A stretch of 64,000 bases of DNA, from the NCBI GenBank assembly GCA_012295275.1, contig CM022666.1:7750001-7814000 (forward strand). The letters are read 5' to 3'. The stretch is from Chrysomallon squamiferum (Eukaryota > Animalia > Mollusca). Below the pieces are notes generated by a model, which ran no database searches, was not told the origin of the DNA, and was given only the letters and a program-made list of their open reading frames with translations. Of the stretch, positions 39,095 to 54,233 are shown one piece after another; position 1 is the stretch's first letter; each line of letters opens with the position of its first letter. A program made the position numbers and the translations under genes.

Positions 39095-40111
39095 CGTGTG
39101 CATGTATGTCTGCATGCATAAATGCTTTTATTTGTATTAAAAGCAACCACTTCATTCAATAAAAAACAAAAAATCACCCCACCATCTGAAAATTATTAAT
39201 TTTTTTTTTCTTAAGATACACTTTATCTTCATAACTTGCATTATCTTCGTTTTCAATCCAGCCACATGCTACACGCATATTAATCAAAACCATATCTGCC
39301 GTATTAAGTCAAGAATGTACGTTCAAGATCTGCTCATCACTCTGTACGCAGCACAGCCTTTCTTGCAGTGGTAATTACGTTCAACCTTCATTGGCAAAAT
39401 CTGGCTCCTTGCCACAAAATGTGGAATTTTCAAAATGTATATTCTTTTGTTAATAGTGGACATATTGTGCCACTTAGCACACCCCAACCCTTAGGTGTGT
39501 TATCCCAGTGATAGTCAAACTGTAGGTGCCTTTGTTAATAGGGCAATGTATTTATTCTACTATTAACCTCACCCAAACCTTCAGATGTACCTTGGCGATA
39601 TTCAAAATGTCTCTGCTTTTGTTATACAGTAACCATTGTTGTTTATCCAACCCTGAGGTGTACTTGAGTGATACTCATAATATATGCTCCTTTGTTACTA
39701 ACCCTTGGTTCTTCTCCAGCACCGGGATGTAGATATGATATTCAAGATGTATGTTGTTCCTTTCTTACTTGGAATTCAGAGAGTAACTTCTGCATCTTAT
39801 CCAGCCCTTGGGAAAACACCAACAATGTTCAAAATGTATGTTTCTTTATTATAAAAAAACAACAGTGATACAATCTAGTCTGCTTTCCTTCCATTCTGTC
39901 ATGCATAGCCTAACACAGTATAGAAAGTGTGTGTTTCTTTATTACAAAAATAATTATTTTTCCAATTCTCCTTCTTCTGTTGTTCCATTTTCATACATAT
40001 ATTCACCTCTACCAGAATAAAAATATAGAAATTAATTAATTAAAACACCACACAAACACAACATCCAAATAAAAAGTAAAATGAAAAAAACTAATTCAGT
40101 TTCTATCCATA

Positions 40112-40144
<33 letters not shown>

Positions 40145-40834
40145 ACCCCCACCAATTTTTCTTAAATACTTAAATCGCTACTGCAACATTAAACTGAAAT
40201 AAGCTTTTTAGATACACAGACACACACATGGCCATAAACCCTGTGATTTATCACTCTGTACCTGTTAGGAAACTGTCGTGCATTCTGCCCAGTGTGTTTA
40301 TATAGATTAACTGACGAAGAACTGTATTGCATACGAACCGTATTCAACGGAGCATTATATAGGCGATATATTCACAGGACTTCACGCACCCATTTCATAT
40401 TGTGTTTTGATAATGAGAATCATCTGCATCCTGACTTGAGAGTCTGCTTGACGAGGGAGGTTTAAAGTGTGTCTCCTGCCAGGCATATTAATAATTCACA
40501 CAAACACAACTTCAAGGTAGAAAGGTCACCAGTGAAGATTTTAACACATTTTTCATGCTTCAGAAGCACGGGGAATGATCAGTCTGAACCATGAAGCACC
40601 CTGTGTAAAAGCTTTTAAAAGTTTTAAAACTGAAGAGGTCAGTGTTAATGACGCTGACTTCAAATTGATTAAGCTTTGTTTATAACATCTTTAAAAATAA
40701 TGGAGTAGGTTGTGGATCGGTGAATGGGACAGTGTTACTCTGAGGTGTGATAGGTCAAAAGATCGATCCTCCTTTGACCCAGTTTGTTGTTTCATTTTAA
40801 TCCCTTGTTTAGTTATTATCATAAGTGGTTTACA

Positions 40835-40881
<47 letters not shown>

Positions 40882-41985
40882 CACAGAAAGAAACATATAC
40901 AGTCATTGTGTTTCTTACTGTCTGTGAGAAGGTGGCTGTGAAATGTCTCTTTTTGCTAATTGATGAAAATATTGTCAGAAAAAGAAATATGTAGTGACAG
41001 AATAAAGATAGATTTGAAAAAAAAAAAAACAGAAAGAAAGAAAAAAGTGACAGAGTGACGGAAACTGACAAAGTTAAAGACAGACAGATAGACTGACATC
41101 AAAAAGAAGGAGATTATAAGTATGTGTAAGAATCTGAGCACGTCAGAGAGAATTATTTTTAAAGAAACTGAAATAGAGCGATAAAACGAGCTGCAGAAAA
41201 GAACAGATACTGATAATAAATATCTGGAAAGAAAAACAAGACAAAGTGAAGCAAGAAATTGCTAGGAAAACATTTCAGACATAAAATCACCTTTGTACAA
41301 ACATTTTTTTTTTTTTTCCCTCACCAAGAACAATGAACGCAAAAGATGATATACGCATTTTAATCTCCCAGTTTACAACAAACATAGTCTTTACATGATG
41401 TGGTAAAGGAGTTGAATCTGTATTTAACATCAGTTAAAAAATTTTTTATCATTTCGTTACTATCCGCTGGGGTCCTGAAGGTTCCTGTAGGTGCATTTGG
41501 TCACAAAACACAGCCAATTGGTCTGTGTAATGTGAGAGCATGTGATGTGTTAATTTGTAGCAGTGTTTTTCTCTCTCTGTCTGAGCTGTTGTGAACTATC
41601 TGTGTTTTATGTGTTACATGAAATTCTGTGTGTATTCACTCCTTTTCAGTGTGAATATGTGTGTGAATATATATAAAAATATATAAATAGAAAAGAACTG
41701 AAAAAAAATGTATATAAGTATGTAAAAGAAATTAAAACTAAAAAATTATATATATATATAAAATTATTTATTTATTTATTTTGTTTTTGAAAGTTCTTCC
41801 TCATGTTTCAGCTTTTCTTTTTTAAAAGGGATTTTATTTATCTATTTTAAGTTTTTTATCTTTTGGATGGAATATTTCCTTTTTCTTTTGTTTTTGTTTT
41901 TTTGTTTTATTTTTATTTATTGTTTCTGAATATCACTTCTTGTGCATTTCATAAAGCATCTTTTAACAAAAATTTCAAGCTCATT

Positions 41986-42087
<102 letters not shown>

Positions 42088-42248
42088 TGTCCTGTAAAGA
42101 TACTTGTATGGTACAAGAGCAGTTTTTTACTTCTCTCTATCGTGTACACATTTCACACCTGAGAGAAAGAGAGAGATATAAAGATTCATAAATACCAACA
42201 GAAAAAAAGAAAAACAAAACCAAACAAAAAACAAAAAAAGTAACAAAT

Positions 42249-42283
<35 letters not shown>

Positions 42284-42586
42284 CAGTCATGGACAACACA
42301 CAGAATAAACTAATCTGCGATTTCATGCTCTGTTTGTCCCCCACTCACAACACTCACAGTGTCTTCCGTGGAGTGGATTTTAAATAAATCCTGCTGAACA
42401 CTGGGTTGATGAATTAGATTCTACTGGCTGGCAAAACCTGCCAGACACAAAACAGAGCGGTTCTGAGAAGCTGTCACTGCGCGACATGACTGCATCGACT
42501 CTGCCGTCTGCCCGGCAAATTAAACCAGTAATGAAACACATGTTGTTTCTCCTCACTGATAACTCACTGGGTACATGCACTGCAGA

Positions 42587-43600
<1,014 letters not shown>

Positions 43601-43730
43601 TAGATGTGTGAGAGAGTAAGAGCAAGAAAAAACAAATAAAGAGTGGAATTTTGTAAACAAATGTTTCAGATTCTACATAGTTACTATAAACTCATGCGTG
43701 CATACATGTACATGAACACATATACATATG

Positions 43731-43767
<37 letters not shown>

Positions 43768-45177
43768 TCATACATACTAGCTTCTTTTTAAAAATAAAAA
43801 AATATATACCTAATACATGAATATTTGTACTAGATCATGTGTGTTGTTTAGGATTATTAATATTCCTACCTACACTGGTTTAGATTTTGGTACGCCTGCA
43901 GTATAACAGTAATGATATTTATCACCCCTTCACTAATTCAGTATGTGTGCAATATGTAAAATATACAACACTTGGCTGGTAGCTAATAGACTAATGAGTT
44001 ATTTTACATGTGTTACAAACAGCTCTGTCCTGCTGATGCTGCTTTACTTGGTTTATTAGTAGCGGTGAGATATAAATATGTGGCAGTCTCATCTTATAAA
44101 CTCAGTTCAGTAGTTTGTGGCAGATGTTATATTAGTGGTATCACACCCAGCTGTTAATATCTCACAGATAACTGGTAGATATAATCTTTTCACACCAGTA
44201 AAGTGATATATTAATAAAATAATTTAGGTCTTTGAAATATCATTATTTCATAAAAGCAGCTATTTTTGTTCTGTGGATTTCAGTTTGTTTATTTTTTTTG
44301 GTTATCTTTTTTTTTTTTTTTTTTATTAAAACAAACTATTTAGATATTTGGAGTTCATTTCTATAAAACTACTTTTTAATTCTTTTCAGTTTTGTAAAAC
44401 AGCTAATAAGTTATTTGCATTTCAGCATTTCATAATTGTTCTTTGATATCTTTCTTTTTTGAAAAACAAAAATTAAATAAATTTTTTTTTTTTATAAAAT
44501 TTGTCCTCATAGCAAAACAGATTTTAAACAAAATGCTTCTGTACAACAAATATAAAAATCCTCAGTCATAAAAACTAAATCGTTGCCCTACTGCAAATAC
44601 ATAACAAATACTCTTAGGATCACACAAATAAATCATAAATATTCTTACAAATTTGATTGAAATTACTATCCAGGATAATTCGGTTTCAAGACATGAAATA
44701 TATCAAGATTCAGAACCATTATATCTTCATGTCAGTGACATTCCCTAGCCACTGCGGTAATGAAACTGCAACAGAATTAATCCCATGGCGAATACCACAC
44801 AATGGAATATTAAATTTTTACTCCCTACTGGCCAATAGATATAATGAACATAATTTTGAATTAAGTTTTTATTCAGAAAGAGATTTTTTTTTTACTATGG
44901 AGAAGGTTTTGTATTGTATTTTTATCTCCTTAATTTGAAGTGGAGAGCTGAAAAAAAAGAGTATTTTTTATTGTCTTATACAGAATTATAATTTTACATG
45001 TAATCTGAGTAGAAAAATAAATGTGTGCATATTGTATACATACAAATATACATACATACATACAAAAATACATACATACAAACATACATACATACATATA
45101 TATAGAGAGAGAGAGAGACAGAGACAGACAGACAGACAGAGAGATAGACAGAGACTGACAGAGAGGCAGACAGAGAC

Positions 45178-45212
<35 letters not shown>

Positions 45213-45654
45213 GACAGAGAGAGACAGATGGAGACAGACAGACAGACAGACAGAGACTCTAAAATGTCAGTTCCTGGATCATTAATATTAATTCATTTTA
45301 ACTGTCAATAAAATTAATTGCTTCAACTTGCTGTATCTCAGCGACTCATTGTTACTCACATTATGGACAAAAAAAAAGCAGTAGAGACACAGGAATCTAT
45401 TTGGCTCTTTTGTCACTTTATCAAATAACCAAATTAGATGAAGCAGTGAGGTAAATGACGACTGGGATCTCCTAGAAGAACTGTTATTTAATAGACGACA
45501 GACAATTAATTTGTTACGACTCTTGTAGACCACGTCTCTAATCAAGCAATCTCAGGAGAACTAGCAGGCTCAATGGACTGAATTGATTTCTTCTTTTTCT
45601 TTAACAAGTCTTTACACTTATCAGGTACTAATGAAGTGCCTCACTGTAGCAGTA

Positions 45655-46280
45655 CTCAAGCTTTTGAGTCTGCTGAGGGGATATTTCCTGAGCTTTTGAG
45701 TCGGATGGATATTTCCTGATCTACTGAGTTGCATAGCGCTAATGTGTTGCAATGAGGTACGATTAATAGTTCCGATTGTAATAGTACTCGACAAGCTTTT
45801 GAGGCACTTGGGGATATTTCCTGAGCTTTTGAGTCATAGGGATATATCTTGAGCTTTTGAGTCATATGGATACATCTTGAGCTTTTGAGTTGCATAGACA
45901 TATTTTCCAATCTTTTTAGTAAGATGTTTTTTATATCCAATGGATCTTTCCTGAGCTTTTGAGTCATATGTAACTTGTAGCTTTTAAGGTTCAGTGATTT
46001 TTTTCCTAAGCTTCTGGGTCCATTACATTTTAATAATTTTAATTCTGAATTGTTTAGTTTTCTATGAATTTCTGAGTCTGACATTTATTGAGTTATACAA
46101 AGGTTTTGAATCGTACGAAACAAATGTTATGGATATTTGTCGAGCATTTGAATCTGGTAACTGAAATGAAAGGATATTTTTTTTTTTTTTTGCTTTGGTT
46201 GGAAATCTCCTGTGCTTTTGAGCCACCTTGATACTCACTGAGCTTTTGAGTCGTGTGTATATTTCTTTAGCTTTTTCAGT
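45655..46280. repeat. Degenerate minisatellite with core GATATTTCCTGAGCTTTTGAGTC
   Basis: GCTTTTGAG core recurs at about 45660, 45692, 45824, 45853, 45880, 45954, 46214 and 46241. Confidence 0.75.
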
Positions 46281-47269
46281 CCCACAGATAGGAAAACACA
46301 TATACTACTGCCTTTTTTAAAATGACACATATCAAATCTTTAGTGTTCTCTAATGTGCAGTTTTCTTATGTGCAGTAAATATGTGTTTTAAAATGTGCAT
46401 TTTAAACACTTTTCAGATGTACACCAGGAGTTCTCTGATATATCATTATACAGCATTAAACTCTTCTTCCTTCCCCACCACCGCTCTCCCCCACATCATG
46501 AAATTATTTCACATCACTGCAGTTGTGATGATAATGTGTTGACACTTTGTCGTCTTGACGATTTGTTGCCTTGACGATCTGTCTGAGTTTTGCCACTGTT
46601 TGTCAGCAAGGCCCCCTAGAGTTTAGCAATGTGTTTTAACACACTGGTACAGCACAAACATCAACATGCTGGGTCAGAGTACGCAAACACACTGTCTTTC
46701 ATCTGTGCAATATCTCAGATAGTTCACAGCAATGGTGGATAAATGTCCATTGTGATATAACAGTATTTATTAAACCTATTATGGGTGATTTGCCATTTAG
46801 TTAATGTTTTCTCTTCTTTTTCTTTTTTTTTTTTTAATATTGTAATTCTTTTTTTAATTTTCTTTTTTTTTAATTTATTATTTTTTGGGGGGGGGGTGAA
46901 GCTATTTTGTTATTTTTATAATTTAAAAATTGTAATTTGTTTTTTTTATTAATGTATTTTTTAATTTAAATGTATTTTTTTTTATTTATTTATTTATTTT
47001 TTTGGTTGGGTTTGTTTTTTATTTTTTATATTTTTAAAATTTTTTTGCTTTGTAAATTGGTTTCAATTGTGAAATAATTGTGTTTTTAAATGAACTGTCA
47101 ATCATTGGACATAGTGAGCTATTTCTATTTCATGTAAACTGATGAATAAATGAATATTTAATAGACACCCAAGCAGATTTTAATTTTAATTTTAATGGTT
47201 ATTACTATTGTATTTCAAACTGAATTTTCATTTAATGACAAAGTAAAGACTCTTCTACCCATCAGTAGG

Positions 47270-47720
47270 TTTTTTTTTTTACTGGTTAGCAGCATTAGAT
47301 TTTTTATATGCACCTTCCCATAAACATACAAATGAATAAAATTTAAAAACTATTAAAATTATTAAATAATAATAATGATAATCAAATAAAAAAAAATAAT
47401 AATAATAAAAATAAATAATAATAAAAATAAATAATAATAATAATAATAATAAATAATAATAATAATAATAATAATAATGAAATAAATCCTTGTAAAAACC
47501 TTTGATACATCATTTATCAGATACTAACTGTCAGTAATGAAAACAAAATTCATCTAATTATTACATTTACTCTAACTTAATACAACCTTCTCATAGACAG
47601 GAGAACACATAATACAGACTTTTTTTTATAAACAAAATACTAGAGACCCTGGTTGGAATGGCACAAATCCTTTGAAGCACAACAGTCAAGACTGATCTAG
47701 TGACCTGTCATACTTGAACA
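47270..47720 (-). mobile_element. Interrupted SINE, same family
   Basis: TTAGCAGCATTAGATTTTTTATATGCACCTTCCCATAAACA (47287-47327) and CTTCTCATAGACAGGAGAACACATAATACAGACTTT...CTGGTTGGAATGG (47587-47661) are the reverse complement of the 13986-14060 core region. Confidence 0.55.
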
Positions 47721-49119
47721 AATAATGCTTTACGTTTCATGAATGAACTACTTGTTAAAACGAGTCAGGATTACTTTAGCAGAGGCTGTGACTTAGGGCC
47801 AGGAGTTACTGGCTTAATTATCTTTGACTACTCCAACTTATCACTTTAAAGTAAACATTGTTTTCATATTTAAGAGCGACACTGAAGTAGAGTATTGCTT
47901 GCCCGTGTCTCACATTGTTAGATGTGAATTAACCACGTTTTGAACCTGCCAGTGTGTACATACTGATAATATATCTCTGCTGGTAGACAGATACGTGGAT
48001 ATCTCCATACAACAATGTTTTATATAATACACTGTGACACATACTGTTCATATTTCACTAATAGATAAATATTGGATTACATTCTTTGCCTTTTATACTC
48101 ATGTTTTTTCTTCTTAAACATACATGCATTCATACAGATACACATACACATCTTTATTATTATTATTATTATTATTCCAAAATTATTAATTTTTAATTCA
48201 ATCTTTTTATTCCAAAAGTATTAATTTTTAATTCAATCTTTTTATTTATTAAATTTCGTTTTTATTTTTATCGTTTTCTTATTTTTTTTTCTTAAAATGC
48301 ATTAATAATATTTTTTGCAAAATATAATTTTATCAGTTACAGAAAAAAGAAATTCCTTCTAATGAGATAAAATTTTAATGGCTTTCATTCTTGATAAAGA
48401 TTCTTATTAGCTACTATTAACATTAAAATGTTCTGCAAAAAATATTTTTAGCTTGTAAAACAAAAAACAATTTAAGTATATATTAAATTTGTTGTGGCAT
48501 TTTACCTGATTTTTTATTTTAATTTACTTTTTTATTTTAATTTACTGTTTTATTTTAATTTACTGTTTTATTTTTGCTTTTGTTTCATGCTCTTCTGTTT
48601 TCATGTGTTGTTAATTCTTTCTTTCATTCCTTTTTTCTTTGTCTTTCCTTTTTCTTTTCTACATTTACTCTATTCTGTTCCACTGTCTTGATTTTATCTT
48701 TTTTTTATATTCCTCTTTTTTCTAGTTCTTTCTTTCACTTGTTTTCATTTAACAATTTACTATTCCAGTCTGCTGATTGTAATTAATTATCATTCACCTA
48801 CTGAGCCATTTTATCCTGTGATGAGTTCATCAAAGATTTTGAGATATGTTTTCCAACCACTGAGAAGGCATATCTGAAGGAACTCTTAATGCTAACAGAA
48901 AAGAGCCAATAGTTTTCCTGTCTTATTATTAGTATAGTTGTTAATCCTATATATTTGGAATTATATAACACAGATACAAAATGTGATGGATGTATCATTT
49001 GAACAAACTGTTTCTTTCTGTCTGTCTGTCTGTCTGTCATTCTGTATCAACCTTTCAACTTCTTTATATTTTGTATTGTCTTTAGCATTATGTGTAATGT
49101 AAAGTTGTTTACTGTTATT

Positions 49120-49830
49120 TATTAAGATTTAAACTGTTTATATCTCTATTTATTAACATTTAAACTGTTTGTGTGTTTACTAAGGTTTAAACTGTTTATG
49201 TGTTTACTTACTAAGGTTTAAACTGTTTGTGTGTTTATTAAAGTTTAAATTGTTTGTGTGTTTCAGAGAGAATACTAGATATTACTTACTAAGGTTTAAA
49301 CTGTTTGTGTGTTTCAGAGAGAATACTAAATATTACTTACTAAGGTTTAAACTGTTTGTGTGTTTGTTTACTAAGGTTTAAACTGTTTGTGTGTTTCAGA
49401 GAGAAGACTAGATATTACTTACTAAGGTTTAAACTGTTTGTGTGTTTGTTTACTAAGGTTTAAACTGTTTGTGTGTTTGTTTACTAAGGTTTAAACTGTT
49501 TGTGTGTTTACTTACTAAAGTTTAAACTGTTTGTTTGTTTGTTTACTAAGAATTAAACTAGACATTACTTTTACTAAGGTTTAAACTGTTTGTGTGTTTC
49601 AGAGATTTAACTAGATATTGTGTTTTACTTACTAAGGTTTAAACTGTTTGCGTGTCTGTTTACTAAGATTTAAACTGTTTGTGTGTTTACTTACTAAGGT
49701 TTAAACTGTTTGTGTGTTTGTTTACTAAGGTTTAAACTGTTTGTGTGTTTACTTTACTAAGGTTTAAACTGTTTGTGTGTTTACTAAAGTTTAAACTGTT
49801 TGTGTGTTTCAGAGAGAATACTAGACATTC
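49120..49830 (+). repeat. ~29-bp tandem array TTACTAAGGTTTAAACTGTTTGTGTGTTT abutting and including the glypican exon-3 acceptor
   Basis: About 20 units. Four carry a TTTCAGAGA... extension copying the acceptor and exon start; the last unit is the true acceptor. Confidence 0.95.
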
Positions 49831-50512
49831 TGGAGGAGTCACAGAACAGAACGTCGGTGTTGCTGACGAAGATTCACAGCATCCCGTGGGCCGAACACCA
49901 TGGCACTGTCAGCGACTTCTACCTCGACGTCGAGCAGTTCGCGCGGAGGCAGCCAGTCAGCATCCACGACACCGTCAACACCTTCTTCAGCGAGCTCTTC
50001 CCATCCGTCTTCTACTACGCCCTCAGCGACCCGAAATATGTGCAGAGATACAATGACAACTACCGCAGCTGCCTTCTACAGAACCAGGAGGAGATTCAAC
50101 CGTTCGGGAACGTCCCTCGCCGCCTCGCACACAAACTGCACCAAGCGTTTCAGAGGACGAGGTCGTACGTCAATGCTCTGTCCATCATCGTTGAAGCCAT
50201 CAACACCACCGACCACATCCTCGTGGAGGAGAACTGCAAGCACGCGGTGACGAGGATGCACTACTGCTCACACTGCGAGGGCTTCGTGGACGCCAAGCCT
50301 TGTCACGGGTTCTGTTTCAATGTGATGCGTGGCTGCCTCGCGAAGGTCTCTGAAATCACCCGGAGTGGAACGAGCTCATCGATGCCGTGGACAGTTTGGC
50401 TCACACAATGAAGACAAAATACAATCTGGAAACTGTTTTACTCTCTATCGAGGGAAGTGTTAATGATGCAATTTTACAAGCAATGGATGATGGGCCAAGA
50501 ATTTACAATAAG
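49813..50512 (+). CDS. Glypican exon 3 (large central exon), containing a 1-nt frameshift near 50359-50361
   Basis: TTTCAG acceptor, AAG|GTGAGA donor. Motifs FFSELFP, YRSCL, IQPFGNVP, YCSHC..KPCHGFCFNVMRGCLA; after a -1 shift PEWNELIDAV...VNDAILQAMDDGPRIYNK. 700 nt present, but 701 are needed to join phase-0 exon 4. Confidence 0.93.
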
Positions 50513-51471
50513 GTGAGATTCTTTTTTCATTTTTTTTTTTTTTTTTTTTAACGTTTGTTACTGGAGAAATTATTTGCTAACAATAAAGTAAGATACAACA
50601 CATCTTTCACAAAATGTCCATGCTATATTTTATTTTATTATTTTTTTTTTTGTTGTTGTAATTGACAAGGAACATTGATGAGAAATGATTGTTTTATAGG
50701 AGATAATTCTTTTCTAAAAATAAAATCAGTCACTGTTTATTTTTATATTTGTACATTGAAAATAAAGTCATGATGGAAACATCAGGCACTGTGAAATATC
50801 ATGAACTTGTTAAAGTGATCTCCAACTTTATTTTTACCAAAGGTTTGTGCTCACTAACAGATACATCTAGCCATCTAGCATTTGGGCAGCATACATTATA
50901 TATTTAGACTTTTTCTTTGCATCACTTACAGTACACGATTAACAGTAAGAAAACAAACAAAATAGTTGCTTGGAAAACAGCAAAAATATATTTAGACTGT
51001 TGCATCTGTTAAAACAAAAGTACATTTTAACTAAAAACACACACAAAAATGTACTTACTACTAATTACATATTGAAAATATATGTCAGTTAATTATTTGC
51101 TAAGTCGCAGACACACATTAGTACATTCTTCTTTTCTGTTTTCGACATAATTTGCTTAAATCATCAGAAACAAATACGACAGCTTCAAGAAAGTTTTTCT
51201 GTTGCCGCTGATAATTTTAGCTCATCGCTGATGTTTCAAATTACATCTTCGGCAGCTCAGGCCACATGTAACAGCTGCTGCGGTAGCCGGAGTTAAATCT
51301 TTGACGAGTCTATAGTTGCAGAAAATGTACATAAATTTATCCAGATTTGATAAAGTCATTTCTGTTGATGTAAATAGTTTTAGAGTGTTTGTAAGTGAGA
51401 GGTGTATGTGCTGATGTTAAGATAAGTGAATGAGTGAATGTGTGTGTGTCTGTGTGTGTGTGTGTTTCTGT

Positions 51472-51519
<48 letters not shown>

Positions 51520-51864
51520 CAACCAAATTAAATTTAATTCATAAAAGTAAATGTCACATACCATCCAATTTTTTTTTTTTTTTTTTTTTGTTTACTTCAT
51601 TATTATCCATTTAAAATTAAATAAAACTATGTAGTAGAAGAAGAATATTTTCTTTAAAATTATTCACCAGTTAAAACAACAATAACAAAAACAATAATAA
51701 CAAAAACAATAGGAAAAAATTTATATTTCTGACATCTCACTTGCACTGCTAATTAAGTCTAGACAGGAAGAGAAAAAAATCAATAACTCAGGTAAGCACT
51801 TTAATATTGATTTTCTCTGAACCTACCTGTAAGTTTATTTCTAACATTGACCTTCCCCACCACT

Positions 51865-51909
<45 letters not shown>

Positions 51910-53841
51910 GCACCATCTATTGCACTTTAATTTTGTATGAAGATGTTTGACTGCTAAACTTACATTTTTCTGTGTAAAATAATCTCTGTATATTATGATT
52001 TTATACACAACAGAAATTATCAGGCTTTTAGCATCTCTACCCCCAGACCTAATCCTGTGAACATCACGGTGCACGGTGATAAGCCAGGCATTAGATGATG
52101 TGTGTTTGTCCTTCCTGTCACCCTCCAGTGATGCAATGATGCAGGGGTTTTGTAACAGCCTGGCTATCAAATGTTTGCTGTAATCACTGCCCTTCGCTTT
52201 ATCTGTCATTTTCCAGCTGATGTGTTTACAGCGTGTTATGGTGATTTCAGACTGAGCCAGCTATCGGTTGGTTTTCTGCCCACCTGACACACCCCTATTC
52301 TCCACCCTGACACAATCAACACATTTTGCACTGGGACAGCCATCATATATTCACCCCCCCCCCTGCCTCGACATATCCCCCAATTTACAACCCTGTGAAC
52401 ATAATGATTTCTTTTATAAACAGTAGAGTTAACCACTGGGTAGTTTCCTCAGCCACACCCTTGTTTCCCAACCCTGACACACCCGTTTCCAATCCTGCCA
52501 CAATCAGATGTTATTCCCCTGCCACTTTCTTCCACTTGACATATTTGTAATTATAATAAATTGTGGAATTGGACAGATTCATTTATCAGATACATCATTT
52601 CTAAACAGACCCTCCCTTGTTTTCTACCCCTGTCAGCAGCCCACATGGTTCATCCCAGCCACCCCACCCTAATTTCCAACCCTGGCATTTTTCATCAGAC
52701 ATATTTACAATTATAATAAATTGCAAAACTCAAAACCATTGATAAAAACACATATATATACACACACACACACACATGCACACATCTAGTTTTCACATGT
52801 TGTAACACCCTCCATTTTCCACCCCCCCATTTTCCACCCCTATACTCCATCCCTAGCACAATCAAGGTGTATTGTGACTTCACACAGAGGCTGTCATCAA
52901 AGACGATATTGTTGAATGTTTTATTAGTGCAGTGAAAAGAAGCACTCAGCACTTTGAATGGGTCCTTATTAATTTTGTATAAGCTGGTTCAAAATCTTGA
53001 TTACCTGTTAATGCAGTTCGACAGGTGAGATGAAAGCACCAGGATGTAATCTTGAACATTGAGAGAATTTATTGATTGACTTTTCTTTTCTTCTGTTTTG
53101 TACAAATCTGGCTGGACAGTTAGCAATAAATACACAGGTATTCCTCAACCTGGTTGCTATAAGTAACACAGGTATGATGTAACACTAGTGTAAGGAATCA
53201 TAAAAACAAATAAAGGAATGAGAGAAAAAGGAGCAAGAAAGATAGAAATGGATGGAAAGAAAGAACGAACGAATTAAAGAATATAATATAATCTTTATTC
53301 CAGATTCATATAATACACATACATACATACAGACAGACAAAAATAAGCTTAAGAAATACCCCAGGAAGAAACACTTAGATTGATTTCTGAGAATTCGGCA
53401 GAACTATCAGTAACCCAAAGCCAGTCTCCAAGGGCCAGTAATGTTTGAAGATAAATATTTGCCTCCAGATATGTAAATCATATAAAAGAGTCATTACAAT
53501 GTAACTGTTGGGTCTGGAAAAACATCTGCAGGTTCATTCTCACTGCATAACAGATTTATAATTCAGATGTAAGTATCTTCAAAGGCCCTAGGAAAGAAAT
53601 CTGTTATTTTAATGTTGTTGTTTTTTTGAAACATTTTAAAATGGTGCTCTGTTAATAATATTCTCGTTCACTTGAAGTTTCCAGGTTTTTTTGGAACATA
53701 AAAGGTTAAAATAGAAAAAATATATATTGTACATGGATAACTATATGAATTTTCATTTAAACATAATTTAATTTCTAAGAATCAAATATAATAGATACCC
53801 CCCCTTCCACAGACACAAATACACACATACACAGAAATACA

Positions 53842-53888
<47 letters not shown>

Positions 53889-54043
53889 GCACTGACATTC
53901 AATATACACATGTGGGCAGACAACTTGTAGTAAAACAGCTGGGATAAAAAGGGCAAAAATTATTTCACTAACAGACTGAAACAGTCTGAACTTTTCTCTA
54001 GTCTGTGAAATCCTGTGTGTGTACAAATTAAAAGACTAGACCC

Positions 54044-54074
<31 letters not shown>

Positions 54075-54233
54075 GAAGAACAAAGTTACAGACTAATACC
54101 TCATTTCCTCAACTTTATAAGCCCACGTTTTTTTCTTGGTTTTGCCACCATTATTTCTTTGACCACATTCGACTGGTTTTATCTTTTCTTAAGTATTTTT
54201 AAATCAGTTTATGTTAATTTTTTTTTTTTCTTA

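Noticed and set aside
45656-46301. 142-aa and 79-aa minus-strand ORFs
   Set aside because: They are derived from the degenerate GAGCTTTTGAG repeat (LKS/QKL motifs); no recognisable protein.
49900-50261. Alternative-frame and antisense ORFs over exon 3
   Set aside because: These are shadow ORFs expected from high GC3 codon usage.
50345-50370. Programmed -1 ribosomal frameshift as the explanation of the glypican frame break
   Set aside because: There is no X XXY YYZ slippery heptamer. Nearby alternative AGs at the exon start cannot rescue both halves of the exon either.
46605-51925. Weaker CTCF-like motifs at about 46610, 50868 and 51908
   Set aside because: Each has several core mismatches and cannot be distinguished from chance without PWM scoring.
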